Origin: an uncultured Clostridia bacterium
GTDB lineage: Bacteria > Bacillota > Clostridia > Christensenellales > Borkfalkiaceae
Length of the DNA: 58,755 nt
Direction of reading: 5' to 3'
Assembly: GCA_944328645.1 (NCBI GenBank)
Contig: CALVHT010000164.1
Coordinates: 1 to 58,755, forward strand
Shown: one piece after another, positions 9,808 through 20,086 of the stretch
How the letters are laid out: the number at the start of each line of letters is the position of its first letter
Numbering within the stretch: the first letter of the stretch is position 1
Program-made: the position numbers and the translations under genes
Notes under the pieces: model-generated
Seen by the model: only the letters and a program-made list of their open reading frames with translations
What the model was told of the DNA's origin: nothing
The model's database searches: none

Positions 9808-10657
9808 CATAGGCTCTAATTCCGTCCGCCTGCTATTGTGGGCGGACGGTTGCTCATTATCGAAAAAAATATCGACTACACGGCTAGGTGAGGGACTTGC
9901 TTTCACCGGGTGTCTTGCGCCTGCAGCTATTACACGTACAATCCAAGCAATCGGAGATTTTATCCAAATTGCGGAAGCTGAAAAGGTCGACCGAATCGAC
10001 TTATTTGCCACGGCTGCCGTTCGGGAATCATCCAACGGCAAAGAATTTGTGGCTATCGTTCAAAAGACGTTCGGTATGAGTGTTGACATATTGAGCGGAG
10101 AACGGGAAGCTTTGCTTGGCTTTTTGGGCGCTTTGGAAGGAAGAGACGGCGGTATCATCGATATCGGCGGTGCAAGTACGGAAGTTACGGTCGGAAAAAA
10201 CGGAAAGGTCGTCTATGCCGTCAGTGTGCCGATTGGTGCGGTGCGTTTAAGGGATTCTTGCGGAGAAGACCCGGCAAAGCTTTCGCATTGTATTGCAGAA
10301 AAAATGGACGCTTTTTCGGGCGTGCCGTATGCTGCGCCGTGGATTGCGATCGGCGGAACAGCAACGTCTTTGGCTGCGCTGGAATACGCGGTTGAGCCAT
10401 ATGATTCAAAAATAATCCATGGCAAAACGATGACCGCATTGCAAATCGAATCTTGGGCAAAACGGTTGCTTTCCATGTCGCAAGAGGAACGTATTCAACT
10501 GAAAGGCATGGATCGACGCCGGGCTGATATTTTAGGCGGCGGTGCTCTTTTGTTCGGTATGTTGCTAAAGAGACAAAATATCTCTGCGGTCACGATCAGT
10601 GAAGCGGATAATTTGGAGGGCTATCTCCTGGAAAAGAATGGGGGCGTAGATCGATGA
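9788..10657 (+). CDS. Ppx/GppA phosphatase family protein (short form)
   Basis: DIGSNSVRL, ATAAVRE, DIGGASTE, GGTAT, RADIL. Confidence 0.9.
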   Translation: MKYAVIDIGSNSVRLLLWADGCSLSKKISTTRLGEGLAFTGCLAPAAITRTIQAIGDFIQIAEAEKVDRIDLFATAAVRESSNGKEFVAIVQKTFGMSVDILSGEREALLGFLGALEGRDGGIIDIGGASTEVTVGKNGKVVYAVSVPIGAVRLRDSCGEDPAKLSHCIAEKMDAFSGVPYAAPWIAIGGTATSLAALEYAVEPYDSKIIHGKTMTALQIESWAKRLLSMSQEERIQLKGMDRRRADILGGGALLFGMLLKRQNISAVTISEADNLEGYLLEKNGGVDR

Positions 10658-11781
10658 TTCGGATCATAGAACGTATACTCCGAGGCATCGTTTGGATCAT
10701 ATCGTTTGCTTTGGCTGGTTTAGTCGTCTATTTAGCCTACAAACAATTTTGGGCCCAATACGATTCAGCTCTTCTAATCATCAGCTTGGTTGCCGGTGGA
10801 ATCTTATGTAGTTTTGTTTGTTGTGCGTTTCATGAAGCAGGGCATATTTTGTTCGGGTTAGCTCGAGGATTTCGTTTCAACAGCTTGCGAATCGGTTTTT
10901 TAAAAGTGTATCGGCGTGGCGGAAGGTTGCATGCTACTTTGGGGGAAATCCCGGACTCCGTTGCAGGAATGACAGAAATGATTCCGAAAACTTCACACAA
11001 TCTATATGCAAGATTTCGGTGTATGACCTCTGGCGGATTGTTTTTTTCCTTTCTATTTATGGCAGGCACGGCAACCGCACTGTATTTTTATACTTCTTTG
11101 CCGTTCGTGTTATTTGCTTTTATTTGTTCTGGTTTGCCGTATTCCTTTTATTTATTCTTTTACAATCTGCTTCCGCGTTATTCTTCGGATTTAAACACGG
11201 ACGGTGGCGTGATTTTTGGCTTAGCCAAAAGAGATTCGTCTTGTATGACTGCTGTCAACATACTGACCATTGAAGGATATTTGTTTCAAGGGTTGGCTCC
11301 GTCGGAAATAGACAAAGGATTGTATTTTGGTTTGCCCCAGCTTCCGGAGGATGATTGGAATTTCATTGTGTTGACCGATTATCGACTCATGTATTATATC
11401 GATTGCGGAGATATACCTTCGGCAATCATGGCGAGCAATCGATTGCACGAACTTTTAGAATATGTTCCCAAAGCATTTCGTAACGAGATTTTGGCAGACA
11501 TTCTTTTTTGCGAGTGCAGTATGAAAGAAGACAAGACGCAGGCCAAGCAGCTATATGCGCAGCTCAAGCAATATCTTCGTGGAGAAAAAACCTTACAATC
11601 CTACCGAATCTCTGCGGCATATGAGCTATATGTCAACGGCGATCGAATCGCCGCTTTGCGTGAGTTGAGTGCGGCGGAACAAAAAGCAGAGACATGCGAT
11701 GTTAAGGGCATTCGAAAATATGAACGCCATTTGATTGATTGTATTCGGGACGGAATTATCCCGCAGCAGAATTTTGAATAA
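10654..11781 (+). CDS. M50/site-2-protease-like membrane zinc metalloprotease with helical C-terminal domain
   Basis: HEAGH (HExxH) in a TM segment and NLLP..DG motif. Confidence 0.75.
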   Translation: MIRIIERILRGIVWIISFALAGLVVYLAYKQFWAQYDSALLIISLVAGGILCSFVCCAFHEAGHILFGLARGFRFNSLRIGFLKVYRRGGRLHATLGEIPDSVAGMTEMIPKTSHNLYARFRCMTSGGLFFSFLFMAGTATALYFYTSLPFVLFAFICSGLPYSFYLFFYNLLPRYSSDLNTDGGVIFGLAKRDSSCMTAVNILTIEGYLFQGLAPSEIDKGLYFGLPQLPEDDWNFIVLTDYRLMYYIDCGDIPSAIMASNRLHELLEYVPKAFRNEILADILFCECSMKEDKTQAKQLYAQLKQYLRGEKTLQSYRISAAYELYVNGDRIAALRELSAAEQKAETCDVKGIRKYERHLIDCIRDGIIPQQNFE

Positions 11782-11800
11782 ACCTAATGTTTTCTGAAAT

Positions 11801-11851
11801 AAAGCAAGCACCTTCCAGGATACTACATTTACCGTGGAAGGTGCTTGCTTT
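11801..11851. terminator. Bidirectional terminator
   Basis: 17-bp inverted repeat AAAGCAAGCACCTTCCA / TGGAAGGTGCTTGCTTT between convergent genes. Confidence 0.8.
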
Positions 11852-11874
11852 TACTTTTGAATCGGATTGGAAAT

Positions 11875-12021
11875 TTAGCTCAGCCTGTTTAATCTACCGA
11901 AACACTTTGGACAAATTGAGTTTTGTTCTTTGCCGCATGCAGGGCAAAAGTAATTTCCGCAATCGCTACACACGTAAACGCTTGCCGATTTACACTCGTT
12001 ACCACAATTTCCGCATTGCAT
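11875..12021 (-). CDS. 48-aa cysteine-rich probable zinc-binding microprotein (not in ORF track)
   Basis: MQCGNCGNECKSASVYVCSDCGNYFCPACGKEQNSICPKCFGRLNRLS; GGAGG RBS 8 nt upstream; four CxxC pairs; ends next to a terminator. Confidence 0.85.
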   Translation of the reverse strand: MQCGNCGNECKSASVYVCSDCGNYFCPACGKEQNSICPKCFGRLNRLS

Positions 12022-12049
12022 AACTATTTCCTCCGGAGCTTAGTTCTTA

Positions 12050-12078
12050 TAGTATTTGCAAAAAAAACCAAACTATAC
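12050..12078 (-). promoter_or_regulatory. sigmaG-like promoter of the Cys-rich microprotein
   Basis: GTATA-N17-AATACTA on minus strand. Confidence 0.5.
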
Positions 12079-12289
12079 CATTCAAAAAAATATATTTATA
12101 TTAATTTCCGATTGTTTTATCAAAATCATTTTTTTCGTGTCATTGAGGGCTAATTAACGGCGTTAAACGCGATTGCAAAAAAAACATTTGTTTTATGGGC
12201 ATGAAATGCTTTCTTTTAAAGGGCAAATATGGTATAATAAGAGGGTAAAAGGTAATTTGCCAGATTGCGCAAAGTAGGAGATCAAATAT

Positions 12290-14197
12290 ATGGCAGATAA
12301 GGTGCAAGGTACTTACGGAGAAGAACAGATCCAGGTTTTGGAAGGGCTGGAACCGGTGCGAAAACGCCCGGGCATGTATATTGGCTCGACGGACGAACGA
12401 GGTTTGCATCATCTTGTGCAAGAGATCGTGGATAATTCGATCGACGAAGCTTTGGCGGGCTACTGCACGGCGATTGGTGTGACGATCAATTCGGACGGCT
12501 CTTGTTCGGTAGAAGATAACGGGCGTGGAATTCCGACGGGCATTCATCATAAAGAAGGGATCTCTTCTGTCGAATTGGTTTTAACAAAACTACATGCAGG
12601 CGGTAAATTTGGGGGCGGAGGTTATAAAATCTCCGGCGGATTGCATGGAGTTGGGCTTTCCGTAGTCAATGCATTATCCGAATGGCTGGAAGTAGAGGTG
12701 TATCAAAATGGGCATATTTACAAGCAAATCTACAACCGCGGAGTTCCGCAACGTGCGCTTGCTGTCGTAGGGGATACGGAAAAAACAGGTACAAGGGTTA
12801 CTTTCTATCCGGATAATGATATTTTTGAAACAATCCAGTTTCATTATGATAATTTAAAGATACGTTTGCGTGAATTGGCCTATCTGAATAAAGGGCTCAA
12901 GATTACGATTCGAGACGATCGAGAAAATCCTCCGAAGCACGACGAATTCTGTTACGAAGGCGGTATATTGCATTTTGTGGAGGATTTAAATCGAAACAAA
13001 GAGACCTTATTCGATCGACCGGTATATTTTGAGGAAACGCAGGACGAGAACTCTATAGAGGTTGCCATCCAATATAATGATGGTTATAATGAAACCATTT
13101 TCAGTTATGCAAACAATATCCACACTGAAGAAGGCGGAACGCATTTAGACGGTTTTAAAGCCGCATTAACCAAAGTTATAAATGATGCAGGGAAAAAACT
13201 GAATATTTTAAAAGAGAATGATAAATTAACGGGAGAAGACGTTCGCGAAGGTATTACTGCCGTTGTATCCGTCAAACTTACGGAGCCGCAATTCGAAGGC
13301 CAAACCAAAACAAAACTTGGAAACAGTGTAATGCGCACCTTTGTCCAGCGTACGACAACGGAACACTTAGGAACATACCTTGAAGAAAATCCTGCGCAGG
13401 CAAAAGAACTGATCTTGCGCTGTATAACGGCACAAAAAGCCCGCGATGCAGCCCGCAATGCGCGTGAGTTGACGCGTCGGAAAGGGATTTTGGAAAGTAC
13501 GACATTGCCCGGCAAATTGGCCGACTGCAGTGAGAAACGCGCTGAATTGTGTGAAATATATATTGTTGCGTGCGCTTCGGCTGGCGGTACAGCTAAGCAA
13601 GGACGCGATCGCCGTTTTCAAGCGATCCTCCCTCTGCGCGGAAAAATTTTAAATGTCGAAAAAGCCAGGCTGAATCGTGTACTGGAAAATGAAGAGATCA
13701 AAAGTATGATTACCGCTTTTGGGTGCGGTATTTCGGACGATTTTGATGAAAGCAAATTGCGTTATGATCGCATCATATGCATGACCGATGCGGATGTGGA
13801 TGGAAGCCACATTCGAATCTTGTTGTTGACCTTCTTCTTTCGCTTTATGCGGCCGCTGGTTGCGAATGGGCATGTTTATATCGCACAGCCTCCGCTTTAT
13901 AAAGCGACGCGCGGGAAAGAAGAAAAATATATGTATTCCGATGAAGAATTGGAAGCATACCGAAACGCGAATCCCGGGAAATTTGAGTTGCAGCGATACA
14001 AAGGTTTGGGGGAGATGAATAAAGAGCAGCTTTGGGAAACCACGATGAACCCCGCAACACGCACGCTACTTCGTGTTAATATGAAAGATGCCGTCGAAGC
14101 AGACGAAATGTTCTCCTTGTTGATGGGTGAAAAACCTGAATTGCGGCGGCAGTTTATTGAAGAGAACGCCAAACTTGTTGCAGAATTGGATATTTGA
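12290..14197 (+). CDS. gyrB: DNA gyrase subunit B (TOPRIM EGDSA motif reads ACASA)
   Basis: [43 protein letters not shown]; precedes gyrA. Confidence 0.95.
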   Translation: MADKVQGTYGEEQIQVLEGLEPVRKRPGMYIGSTDERGLHHLVQEIVDNSIDEALAGYCTAIGVTINSDGSCSVEDNGRGIPTGIHHKEGISSVELVLTKLHAGGKFGGGGYKISGGLHGVGLSVVNALSEWLEVEVYQNGHIYKQIYNRGVPQRALAVVGDTEKTGTRVTFYPDNDIFETIQFHYDNLKIRLRELAYLNKGLKITIRDDRENPPKHDEFCYEGGILHFVEDLNRNKETLFDRPVYFEETQDENSIEVAIQYNDGYNETIFSYANNIHTEEGGTHLDGFKAALTKVINDAGKKLNILKENDKLTGEDVREGITAVVSVKLTEPQFEGQTKTKLGNSVMRTFVQRTTTEHLGTYLEENPAQAKELILRCITAQKARDAARNARELTRRKGILESTTLPGKLADCSEKRAELCEIYIVACASAGGTAKQGRDRRFQAILPLRGKILNVEKARLNRVLENEEIKSMITAFGCGISDDFDESKLRYDRIICMTDADVDGSHIRILLLTFFFRFMRPLVANGHVYIAQPPLYKATRGKEEKYMYSDEELEAYRNANPGKFELQRYKGLGEMNKEQLWETTMNPATRTLLRVNMKDAVEADEMFSLLMGEKPELRRQFIEENAKLVAELDI

Positions 14198-14208
14198 GGG
14201 AAATTATA

Positions 14209-16800
14209 ATGGCGAAAAAAGAGACAAGTCCTGAGTTAACCGAAGAGTTTCGAAAAACCTTAGAAATGACCAATATGATCGATGTGGAAGTGGACGACGA
14301 ATTGCGTAAGTCATTTATCGCTTATGCAATGGCGGTCAACGTCAGCCGCGCCATTCCGGATGTGCGAGATGGCCTCAAGCCGGTTCATCGACGAATATTA
14401 TATTCGATGCATGAAATGGGCTTATACAACGATAAAGCATATCGTAAATGTGCTCGTATTGTCGGTGACGTTTTAGGTAAATATCATCCGCATGGCGATT
14501 CGGCTGTTTATGATGCATTGGTCCGTTTGGCGCAGGATTTTACAATTAATTTTCCGCTGGTCGATGGGCACGGGAATTTCGGGTCAGTGGATGGTGATCC
14601 GCCCGCTGCGATGCGATACACAGAAGCGCGTATGTCTAAATTGGCGGCTGAAATGTTGCGTGACTTAGACAAAGAAACGGTGGATTATTATCCGACTTTT
14701 GATGATACCGGCATGCAGCCGTGCGTGTTGCCTTCCCGTTTTCCGAATCTTCTTGTCAACGGAAGCGATGGGATCGCTGTCGGGATGGCGACTTACATTC
14801 CGCCGCATAATCTTGCAGAGGTCATCAGCGGTGTCATTGCGCAAATGGAAAATCCCGACATCACGATCGATGAATTGATGGAATACATTCCGGCGCCTGA
14901 TTTTCCGACCGGTGCCATTTTAATGGGAAGAGCCGGGGTCAAACGCGCTTACCGAACAGGTCGAGGCAATTATATTCTGCGTGCAAAGTGCGAGATCGAG
15001 GATTTTACATCTGGGAACACAACAAGGACGCGGATTATTGTCAGTGAGATTCCGTATCAAGTCAATAAAGCACGATTGATTGAAAATATAGCCGATCTTG
15101 TCAAGGATAAGCGTGTGGAGGGGATTTCGGATATACGCGAGGAGTCCGACCGAGACGGTATGCGCATCGTGATTGAGCTGCGTAAAGATGCCAATGCTCA
15201 GGTTGTCTTGAATACTTTATATAAGCATACACAGTTGCAGACCTCAAACGGCATTATTTTGCTTGCGTTGGTTGACGGTGAACCGAAGGTATTAAACCTA
15301 AAGGAATGTATCCATTACTATATTGAACATCAAAAAGACGTGATCGTCCGCCGAACGAAATTTGATCTGAATAAGGCGGAGGAGCGTGCGCATATCCTAT
15401 CCGGCCTAGTCCTGGCCTTGGCCAATATTGATGAGGTGATATCGATCATCAAACAATCGGCGGATAAAAATATCGCATGCGAGCGTTTGATGCAGGCATT
15501 CGAATTAACCGACAAGCAGGCAAATGCGATCTTGGAGATGCGCTTGCAAAGACTTACTTCTTTGGAAGTCGAAAAATTACAGGAAGAACTTGCTGAACTG
15601 GAGCGGACCATCGCGGATCTAAAAGATATTCTTGCAAAAGAGGAGAGGGTTTTACAGATCATCAAAGCGGATCTGTTGGAAATTCGTGCAAAATTTCCGA
15701 GTGAACGTAAAACGGAGTTATCCCTTGATTATGGAGAGATTGATATTGAAGACTTGATTGAAGAAGAAGATATCGTCGTTTCCATGACGCATTCCGGTTA
15801 TATTAAGCGTCAGCCGGTTTCCGAATATAGGGCACAAAAGCGCGGCGGCATGGGAATTACGGCTCACAAACCCAAAGACGAGGATTTTATTGAACGCATG
15901 TTTGTGTGTTCGACGCACGACGATATCTTGTTCTTTTCGAGTTTTGGAAAGGTATATTCCATCAAAGGATATGAAATTCCAGAGGCTCAAAGACAGGCAC
16001 GCGGCCGCGCGATCGTCAATTTGTTGCAAATTGGCCAAGATGAAAAGATTACTTCGGTCATTCCTTTGGTTAAGGATATGGAAAGCGGCTATATTGCCAT
16101 GGCAACCAAGAACGGGCTAATCAAAAAAACAAATTTGGAAGAATTTTATAATATTCGAAAAGTCGGCAAAATCGCGATTAAAATTAATCCGGGCGACGAG
16201 TTGATCTCTGTTCAATTTTCGACCGGAAACGATGAGTTGATCATCGCTTCGCGGGAAGGAAAATGTATTCGGTTCAGCGAAGAAAATGTTCGCTCGATGG
16301 GTCGAGATACGCAGGGTGTTCGCGCAATTAAGTTAAGTGACGACGACTGTTTGGTTGATATGCTGGTGATTAAGCCCGATCGTCAGATTTTCACATTGAC
16401 GTCCAACGGATACGGAAAACGGTCGGATATACAGGATTATCGTTTGCAGGGGCGCGCAGGCAAAGGGATCAAAGCAGGCATTTTCAATGAGAAAACCGGT
16501 TATCTTGTGAATTTAAAACTTGTCAGCGAATCGGAAGATCTTATGGTTATTTCGGATAACGGTACAATTATTCGATTGCACGTTGCAGATATATCGATGA
16601 TCGGTCGGAATACACAGGGCGTGCGTATCATGCGGCTGAAAGATGCAAAGGTGGCTACGGTCGCTGTCGCGCCGCGCGAGACGGAGGAAGAAAACGAGGA
16701 GCCGGATCTTATCCAAGCGGAGAACAGCAATGAAAATGGGCCAACGGAATCCTCTTCTCAATCAGAGGAGAACAACAATACTCCGGAGCAAACCAATTAA
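14209..16800 (+). CDS. gyrA: DNA gyrase subunit A
   Basis: [17 protein letters not shown] catalytic Tyr, GyrA-box QKRGGMG, pinwheel repeats, acidic tail; start at ATG 14209. Confidence 0.96.
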   Translation: MAKKETSPELTEEFRKTLEMTNMIDVEVDDELRKSFIAYAMAVNVSRAIPDVRDGLKPVHRRILYSMHEMGLYNDKAYRKCARIVGDVLGKYHPHGDSAVYDALVRLAQDFTINFPLVDGHGNFGSVDGDPPAAMRYTEARMSKLAAEMLRDLDKETVDYYPTFDDTGMQPCVLPSRFPNLLVNGSDGIAVGMATYIPPHNLAEVISGVIAQMENPDITIDELMEYIPAPDFPTGAILMGRAGVKRAYRTGRGNYILRAKCEIEDFTSGNTTRTRIIVSEIPYQVNKARLIENIADLVKDKRVEGISDIREESDRDGMRIVIELRKDANAQVVLNTLYKHTQLQTSNGIILLALVDGEPKVLNLKECIHYYIEHQKDVIVRRTKFDLNKAEERAHILSGLVLALANIDEVISIIKQSADKNIACERLMQAFELTDKQANAILEMRLQRLTSLEVEKLQEELAELERTIADLKDILAKEERVLQIIKADLLEIRAKFPSERKTELSLDYGEIDIEDLIEEEDIVVSMTHSGYIKRQPVSEYRAQKRGGMGITAHKPKDEDFIERMFVCSTHDDILFFSSFGKVYSIKGYEIPEAQRQARGRAIVNLLQIGQDEKITSVIPLVKDMESGYIAMATKNGLIKKTNLEEFYNIRKVGKIAIKINPGDELISVQFSTGNDELIIASREGKCIRFSEENVRSMGRDTQGVRAIKLSDDDCLVDMLVIKPDRQIFTLTSNGYGKRSDIQDYRLQGRAGKGIKAGIFNEKTGYLVNLKLVSESEDLMVISDNGTIIRLHVADISMIGRNTQGVRIMRLKDAKVATVAVAPRETEEENEEPDLIQAENSNENGPTESSSQSEENNNTPEQTN

Positions 16801-16861
16801 ATTTTTTGAATAATTTTCCAACAACAAAGCCCCCGCGAAACGGGCAATGCTCATAGAGGTT

Positions 16862-16899
16862 AAAAAGAGCGAAGAATCCGGAAGTTCTTCGCTCTTTTT
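16862..16899 (+). terminator. Terminator after gyrA
   Basis: AAAAAGAGCGAAGAA..TTCTTCGCTCTTTTT inverted repeat. Confidence 0.8.
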
Positions 16900-17164
16900 A
16901 ATTTCCTGATAAGTTTAATAATCGTCCGTTAACGTTCCATTCGACGTACACGATACCCTTCTTTATTTTCTCGATAAATTTTTGCGATCTGTTATCAAAT
17001 AAATCGGTTGCTTTTTCTTTATTTGAATTGTGTGTCTATGCATACTCGCTGATAAAACGGCGGAAAATTATTAAAGTTTTGCATGCTGTTTTACCTGTTT
17101 TCAACGCCATTAGTATTTCGCTAACTATTATAAAACCATTTGAAGACGATACAGCGATAAAAGT

Positions 17165-17206
17165 AAAAAAAGCGCACTTGCCTTGCTTGCAAGGTATAGT
17201 GCGCTA
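17165..17206 (-). terminator. Terminator downstream of P-type ATPase
   Basis: AGCGCACT..AGTGCGCT stem followed by T tract on minus strand. Confidence 0.6.
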
Positions 17207-17350
17207 TATTTTACCTATATTCTGTGCAAAAATTCCTTATGGGAATCAGATTAAACGCGGGAGCTTTTTGATTCATGGAGAATCAACTGTTATGCGATTC
17301 GCTTTTTTTGTAAAATCCGGCAAATTAACCCCGCATCTTCTCAGTGAAAT

Positions 17351-19876
17351 TTAATCTTTTTCTAACGGTAAAGAAAGCTTCCTTTTTTTGTTGTTAATCT
17401 GCCACTTGTCGTATGCTCGAATCGCAAATTCGGATAGGGGAACACATAGAAGTATAACGACGATCACATACAATGCGCTGGTAAAATCTAATGCCGTATA
17501 ACCTCGCCCCAGGAACATGCTGGGAAATACGGTTAGCCCTATAATACAACCGCTGCACATCGCAAGCAATAGAACCGTTCGATATAAATTTAAGGGCAAA
17601 CAAACACGGTACAACATCACCAATCCAGCGAACGTAATAATATAGACCGAAATTTCGTCTAAGTGTCCTCCGAAGTGCCCCGGGAAAAAAGCGTTGACAA
17701 CAAGCGTACTTTCGACGGCAAGAACTAAAACAATTGCACAAGGAACGGCCCTGGATAGGACATATGGCAAGAATTTTCCGTTGACACGGTTCTTGTTGGG
17801 TTGCAAGGACAGGAAAAAAGTGGCGACACCGATTACAAAAACTTCCATCAACATCAAGTTGTTGGTTTTGAAGGGATAAACCTGACCCAAAAAGATGGAG
17901 ATAATGGCAAAAAAGGTTGTAAAAAGTGTTTTCATCAGGTATAGCGAGGAAGAATTTTGTATATTGTTGATCACTCGTCGTCCTTCAAAAACCACATTCG
18001 GCATAGAAGCAAAATTATTGTCCATTAACACAATATGGCTGACGTTTTTTGCCGCCTCGCTGCCTGAGGCGACGCTGACAGCACAGTCAGCCTCTTTCAT
18101 TGCCAAAATATCATTGACGCCATCTCCGGTCATGGCTACTGTATGTCCGACCGATTTCATGGCTTTAACAAGGATGGCTTTTTGTTCGGGCGAAACTCGC
18201 CCAAACACAGTGTACTTATTCGCAACGGAAATTACTTCTTTGTCATTCTGGCCTTCCAGCGAAATATATTTGTCCGCTTGTGCAATTCCGACGCGGCGCG
18301 CCACTTCGGAAACCGTAACAGGATTATCGCCAGAAATGACCTTTACCGCGACATCGTTCTCTTTAAACCAGCGGATCGTGTCAGTCGCCTCGTCGCGTAT
18401 ATTGTCTGCAATCGATAGGATAGCCAAGGGTTTCAGCCCGGCGGGAAGTTTCCCGTCCATAATCTTTCCAGGAGCAATCGCGATTAAAAGGACTCGTAAG
18501 CCGGTTGAGGTGTATTGATTTATGATCCGGTTAATTTTATCCGGCAGGGTATTTAATACAAATTCCGGAGCCCCCATAACAATCGTTCCGATTTCCGCAA
18601 AAGAAACGGCGGAGAGTTTGCGTACGGAGGAAAATGGAAGCGTATCGATTGCTTTTAAGGCGCTGTTATGTCCAAAATAATTATAAAGCGCAATGGAGGT
18701 TTGATTATTATCCTGCAGGGCATTTAAATAAGATCCCATTAATTCGTTGATCGAATATTCGGTGGGGTTGTGTAAAAGCATACAATCGTTTACTTTCATT
18801 CTACCATCCGTGATCGTGCCTGTCTTATCCAAGCATAATACATCGACGCGTGCAAGCATTTCCAACGAATAAAGGTCTTGGACAAGCGTGTTCCGGGCCA
18901 TCAGACGTAAAATACCAAGTGTCAATGCAATGCTGGTCAGCAACAGCATCCCCGAAGGGATCATGCCGATTACAATGGAAACAGTTCGTTGGATTGTATC
19001 GTTTAGTTGCGAGATGTGTTCCGTTGGAATATAGTTTTTCCAATTCACATAAAACATGCAGGCAGCGATCGGAATGATAAGAAAACCAATGGCACGGATG
19101 ATTACTGCTGTGGAATGCATCAGTTCGGAATTTGGTTTCTTGTATTTTTTTGCTTTTGCCGAAAGGGAATGCAAATACGTGCTTTTTCCAACTCTTTCTG
19201 CGCGCGCTTTGCACGAACCGCCAGCAACAAAACTTCCCGCAAACAATAGATCACCGATTTCTTTTTTTACCGGTACAGATTCTCCGGTTAGAAGTGATTC
19301 ATTGACTTCAATCACTCCGTCGGCAACAACGCAATCTGCCGGCACTTGATTGCCTAAGGAAAGCAGCACAACATCGTCTAAAACGATTTCCTGTGCCGGG
19401 ATTTTGATTCGTTGTCCGTCTCGCAACACTTTTGCCATCGGAGATGTTAAAATAGACAGTTTATCGATTTTCCTTTTGGCGATTATTTCGGTTGTAATGC
19501 CAAATGTCATGTTCAGCGCAAAAATAAAGACAAATAAAAATTGTGATAGACCTGCCTCCGAATATACGAGGGCGAGAGTAGCTAAAACACAAAGTAAATT
19601 AAAAAATGTACAAATATTTCCAACAAAAATACTGGCGTAGGATTTCGAGAATTTCTGATTGGAATCGTTGTATAAGTTTTGTGAAAAACGTTGGCAGACC
19701 TGACTACGGGTTAACCCGTGCGAAATAGAGGGTACCCATCGTTCTATGGACGGGTCGGTAGAGAGCGGGGACGGTTGGCGACGATTTTTTCGGCGTAATT
19801 TATTGAATTCCGCATCGCTTTTCGGAACTTCGTCTCCCGCGGACTGGTTTTTATTTTTTTTGCTGATCAATGCCAT
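17351..19876 (-). CDS. Cation-translocating P-type ATPase (CtpE-like)
   Basis: TGES, DKTGT, SGDN, TGDGVND motifs; multiple TM segments; start at ATG 19876 after GGAG. Confidence 0.92.
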   Translation of the reverse strand: MALISKKNKNQSAGDEVPKSDAEFNKLRRKNRRQPSPLSTDPSIERWVPSISHGLTRSQVCQRFSQNLYNDSNQKFSKSYASIFVGNICTFFNLLCVLATLALVYSEAGLSQFLFVFIFALNMTFGITTEIIAKRKIDKLSILTSPMAKVLRDGQRIKIPAQEIVLDDVVLLSLGNQVPADCVVADGVIEVNESLLTGESVPVKKEIGDLLFAGSFVAGGSCKARAERVGKSTYLHSLSAKAKKYKKPNSELMHSTAVIIRAIGFLIIPIAACMFYVNWKNYIPTEHISQLNDTIQRTVSIVIGMIPSGMLLLTSIALTLGILRLMARNTLVQDLYSLEMLARVDVLCLDKTGTITDGRMKVNDCMLLHNPTEYSINELMGSYLNALQDNNQTSIALYNYFGHNSALKAIDTLPFSSVRKLSAVSFAEIGTIVMGAPEFVLNTLPDKINRIINQYTSTGLRVLLIAIAPGKIMDGKLPAGLKPLAILSIADNIRDEATDTIRWFKENDVAVKVISGDNPVTVSEVARRVGIAQADKYISLEGQNDKEVISVANKYTVFGRVSPEQKAILVKAMKSVGHTVAMTGDGVNDILAMKEADCAVSVASGSEAAKNVSHIVLMDNNFASMPNVVFEGRRVINNIQNSSSLYLMKTLFTTFFAIISIFLGQVYPFKTNNLMLMEVFVIGVATFFLSLQPNKNRVNGKFLPYVLSRAVPCAIVLVLAVESTLVVNAFFPGHFGGHLDEISVYIITFAGLVMLYRVCLPLNLYRTVLLLAMCSGCIIGLTVFPSMFLGRGYTALDFTSALYVIVVILLCVPLSEFAIRAYDKWQINNKKRKLSLPLEKD

Positions 19877-20086
19877 AAATAAACTCCGCATCTGAATTTA
19901 AGCATATTTTTATTATACCATAAATTCAGATAATTTACAATATATTTTTTATATTTACATTTGATGTGGTCGAGAACATCGATAAAAAACCAGAGGTTTT
20001 TTGGCAAAGCCCCATACATTTTATTGCCAAAAGAAAAAAATTAGGTTAAAATAATACGGGAATCATAATTTGAACGGAGGCGAAGC

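Noticed and set aside
12182-12193. AAAC-N4-GTTT upstream of gyrB as a second LexA box
   Set aside because: Low-complexity match in AT-rich DNA; cannot be distinguished from chance
12290-16800. Possibility that gyrB/gyrA are parE/parC
   Set aside because: GyrA-box QKRGGMG and a full C-terminal pinwheel with acidic tail indicate gyrase
16898-17109. Minus-strand frame with an internal TAG ending ..FIEKIKKGIVYVEWNVNGRLLNLSGN, and + ORF 17028-17354
   Set aside because: No convincing RBS or family match; the + ORF runs through a terminator hairpin; a pseudogene call cannot be supported
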